Assembly (NCBI GenBank): GCA_039679675.1
Contig: JBDKUN010000056.1
Coordinates: 1-64,000 of the forward strand
DNA length: 64,000 nucleotides
Direction of reading: 5' to 3'
Source of the DNA: Armatimonadota bacterium
GTDB taxonomy: Bacteria; Armatimonadota; UBA5829; DTLH01
Made by a program: the position numbers and the translations under genes. The notes under the pieces were generated by a model that saw nothing but the letters and a program-made list of their open reading frames with translations, made no database searches and had not been told where the DNA came from. Of this stretch, positions 61,268 through 64,000 are shown piece after piece (the stretch's first letter is position 1; each line of letters opens with the position of its first letter).

Positions 61268-62137
61268 CTAAAAAATCACCTTGTTAAGAGGATATTCGAC
61301 TATCCCCTGGGCTCCGGCTCTCTTAAGGCGGGGGATCAGATCCCGCGCGGTCTTTTCGTCGACCATAATCTCGACAGCGGTCCATCCTTCGTCAGAGAGT
61401 GATGAGATCGTCGGGTTTTTGAGCGCGGGCAAAAGCCCGATCACCTTTTCGAGGTCGGTCCGCTCGACGTTCATCTTCAGTCCTACCAGTCCTTCGGCGG
61501 CCAGCGCAGCTCCAAGGAGCATGGAGATATTTTCCATCTTCCGCCGTTTCCACTTGTCCTGCCAACTGGATTTGTTGGCTATGAACCGTGTAGTGGAGAC
61601 CAGCAGGGTATCGACTATCCTGAGCCCGTGGGCCTTAAGCGTGCTGCCTGTTTCCGTTCCATCGACGATCGCGTCCACAAGTTCGGGGACTTTGACCTCT
61701 GTCGCGCCCCATGAGAACTCGACTTCGGCATTTACGCCGTTTGTAGCCAGGTATTGCTTCGTGACGTTCACGAGCTCCGTGGCGATCCTTTTACCTTCTA
61801 AATCTTTCGGGCAGGTTATGCAGGAATCGTTCGGGACAGCTAGTACCCATCGATATGGAAGGGCCGTTGCCTTCGAGTAATGCAGCTCAGAGACCTCATG
61901 GATGTCAGCACAACACTCCATTACGTTGTCATAACCGGTTATCCCGGCATCGAGCACCCCAGCCTCTACATAGGACGGTATTTCCTGTGCCCGGAGCAGC
62001 GTCGCCTCGATTTCATGGTCGTCGCAAGTCGGATGATAAGACCGGGCGCTCGTGCGAAAATCATAACCGGCTTTCTTGAACAGCCCGAACGTAGCATCCT
62101 GCAGACTTCCCTTTGGCAGGCCTAACTTCAATTTCAA
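61268..62137 (-). CDS. hisG: ATP phosphoribosyltransferase, long form
   Basis: [38 protein letters not shown]-terminal regulatory domain. Confidence 0.96.
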   Translation of the reverse strand: MKLKLGLPKGSLQDATFGLFKKAGYDFRTSARSYHPTCDDHEIEATLLRAQEIPSYVEAGVLDAGITGYDNVMECCADIHEVSELHYSKATALPYRWVLAVPNDSCITCPKDLEGKRIATELVNVTKQYLATNGVNAEVEFSWGATEVKVPELVDAIVDGTETGSTLKAHGLRIVDTLLVSTTRFIANKSSWQDKWKRRKMENISMLLGAALAAEGLVGLKMNVERTDLEKVIGLLPALKNPTISSLSDEGWTAVEIMVDEKTARDLIPRLKRAGAQGIVEYPLNKVIF

Positions 62138-62172
62138 CAGTCTTACTCCTTCATTTCTATCTCTTAAGCCAA

Positions 62173-62201
62173 ATTATACTTGTGCTTGTTCAGTGCGTCA
62201 A
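62173..62201 (-). promoter_or_regulatory. Internal sigma70 promoter for hisG-ruvA-ruvB
   Basis: TTGACG-N17-TATAAT on the minus strand. Confidence 0.75.
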
Positions 62202-62255
62202 ACAAATCGGGGTTAGCAGTGAGGGATTAGGAACAACCATCCCCCAATCTCATTA

Positions 62256-62753
62256 TCACCCGTTTTTTGCGCCCAGCCCCTTGAGGACCGCCGAATGTGC
62301 ATGGCAGATGCAGACCGCAAGCGCATCTGCGACATCATCCGGCTTGGGCTGCTTCGAAAGCCCCAGTATTTTCTGGACCATGAACTGTACCTGTTTCTTC
62401 TCAGCTCCGCCGTAGCCGACAACAGCCTGCTTAATCTCCATCGGAGTGTATTCCAGCGTCGGTATCTTCTTCTGCGCGGTGAGCAGCAGGACAACTCCCA
62501 CCGTCCGTCCGACGGAGAATGCTGTCGTCTCGTTTTTCGAGAAGAACAAACGTTCGGTAACTAGCACGTCAGGTTGATATTTGTCGATCAGCGCTTCTAC
62601 CTCGTTATAAATCGACATAAGCCTGTCCGGTGGAGAGGCTTTGGGGCTGGTCAAAATCGCACCGAAATCGACCGGATACGTGCGGTCACCTTCCTTTTTC
62701 ACTATCCCGTATCCGGTTGTAGCCGTGCCGGGATCGATTCCAAGTATGAGCAA
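62256..62753 (-). CDS. ruvC: Crossover junction endodeoxyribonuclease RuvC
   Basis: ILGIDPG, ERLFF.KN, EYTP.EIK.AV.GYG.A.K.QV, PDDVADALA. Confidence 0.97.
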   Translation of the reverse strand: MLILGIDPGTATTGYGIVKKEGDRTYPVDFGAILTSPKASPPDRLMSIYNEVEALIDKYQPDVLVTERLFFSKNETTAFSVGRTVGVVLLLTAQKKIPTLEYTPMEIKQAVVGYGGAEKKQVQFMVQKILGLSKQPKPDDVADALAVCICHAHSAVLKGLGAKNG

Positions 62754-62896
62754 TTTACCGTAACTCCTTACAATTTATGGTACCATGAGGCGAACCTGCG
62801 GTCAAGCTGGCCGGCCCGTTTTTCGGAACGCTCCACATATCTGTCCTCTGCGTGGTAGAATAGTCGAGTCAGGATATTAGTGGAGATATAAGCCGT

Positions 62897-63913
62897 ATGA
62901 GGCGGGCGCGCAAAAAAACTTACTATTCATCTTTTGCAGAAAAGAGCAGGCCGGTGCTTTTGGTGATTTCCGGAGTGATGCTCGCTGCTATAACGTTATG
63001 TTACTGGACGCGGCACGACTCGGTCGCAGGGATGACGGTCTGGCCTGTCTGGGTATGGGCGCTTCCCGGCTTCCTTTGCGCGGAGTTCGGATGGAGCCGC
63101 CGAAAATGGCTTCCTACGCTGCTGCTCAGCATCGCATGGCTTGCAGTAGTGATTGGGTTTGGCGACACAAGAGGACTTATCAACAATAGGGAGTGGCCCA
63201 GCGAGGAATGGCAGATTGCTAAAAACCACAACGACGCTATAAGGGTAGTTACTGTCAACTGTGGTGTCGGCAACGATAAAGCCGCGGCTGAGGTGGATGA
63301 ATACGTCCCTGATATAGTGCTTTTTCAGGAGTCTCCGGCCAAACAATACGTAAGGGACGTTGCCCGCAAGCTCTACAAGCACAAGGCGGCGGTCGTATGG
63401 ACCAACGATACAGCCATTATCGCAAGAGGCCGTATATTATCATCCCAAAACAAGGACTCCTGGCTTACCGAAAGCCGGATAAGGCTTACCACCGGCAGAG
63501 AGGCGGTTGTCATGGATGTCCACCTGTCGCCGGTCGCGTTCCGCACGGACGTCTGGAAGTCCGATTACTGGAAATATATGTCCCATATGAGGAGAGTCCA
63601 CCAACATGAAATGGAATACGTGAAGGAGCGGATCGACAAGTTGGCCGATTCAGTGCCTGTTATTCTGGGAGGGGACTTCAATTCACCTGCGGGGGACGCC
63701 ATTTTCCGCACCATCAGCCCGAAGCTGCGCGATTCGTTCAGAGACGGCGGCAAGGGGTGGGGATGCACCCTGCCGAACAGCATACCCTTGATCAGGATCG
63801 ACCAGGTGTGGACGAACGATTACCTCTATGCCGCATCCGTCGTATCAAAGCAAACGGATAACTCCGACCACAGGATGGTGGTATGCGACCTCCTGATGCG
63901 GGCAGGGAGTTAG
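62897..63913 (+). CDS. Membrane-anchored endonuclease/exonuclease/phosphatase (EEP) family protein
   Basis: N-terminal TMs; PDIVLFQE, VHL, GGDFNS, RIDQVW, SDHRMV. Confidence 0.9.
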   Translation: MRRARKKTYYSSFAEKSRPVLLVISGVMLAAITLCYWTRHDSVAGMTVWPVWVWALPGFLCAEFGWSRRKWLPTLLLSIAWLAVVIGFGDTRGLINNREWPSEEWQIAKNHNDAIRVVTVNCGVGNDKAAAEVDEYVPDIVLFQESPAKQYVRDVARKLYKHKAAVVWTNDTAIIARGRILSSQNKDSWLTESRIRLTTGREAVVMDVHLSPVAFRTDVWKSDYWKYMSHMRRVHQHEMEYVKERIDKLADSVPVILGGDFNSPAGDAIFRTISPKLRDSFRDGGKGWGCTLPNSIPLIRIDQVWTNDYLYAASVVSKQTDNSDHRMVVCDLLMRAGS

Positions 63914-64000
63914 CTCCTGGCAGCGCAGATACCTCATTTATCTCTCCGGTATGGATCTGCAATCCATACCGAAGAGGCTGATAGCTATTCTTTTACAAGC

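Overview
Bacterial chromosomal segment, most likely from an Armatimonadota (Armatimonadetes)-type diderm. This is inferred from the SLH-porin, the PEP-CTERM tails and a recurrent 'YIExxDRSxGIRV...GxNNIGxLIKVWG' C-terminal domain. Positions 1-7483 are a decayed island abutting the 3' end of tRNA-Arg(TCG). It holds an intact IS3-family element inserted in an RHS/HINT polymorphic toxin gene, its immunity gene, a second RHS gene encoding only the N-terminal half, an ImmA/IrrE pseudogene and att-arm-like repeats. Positions 15.8-28.3 kb are a cell-surface locus: a TIGR03790-like protein, three PEP-CTERM proteins, a repeat-propeller protein and wza/wzc/capD-like genes. Its promoters share an apparently undescribed architecture, a GGTAAWATTACC palindrome 38-40 bp upstream of a TTGAC(T/A)-N17-TAxxxT promoter. 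Further on are an AbiE-like type IV TA pair with a 13-bp operator, a TonB-dependent receptor, and a c-di-GMP-I riboswitch ahead of two unannotated small proteins and a degenerate GGDEF receptor. The remainder has a candidate ECF-driven anti-SD sRNA, a sugar ABC system, copA, GH130, nfeD/slipin, an SLH-porin with a structured uORF-containing leader, a group II intron D5 relic, TPR proteins and ruvC-hisG-ruvA-ruvB. All family calls come from motif recognition by eye; no database searches were run.
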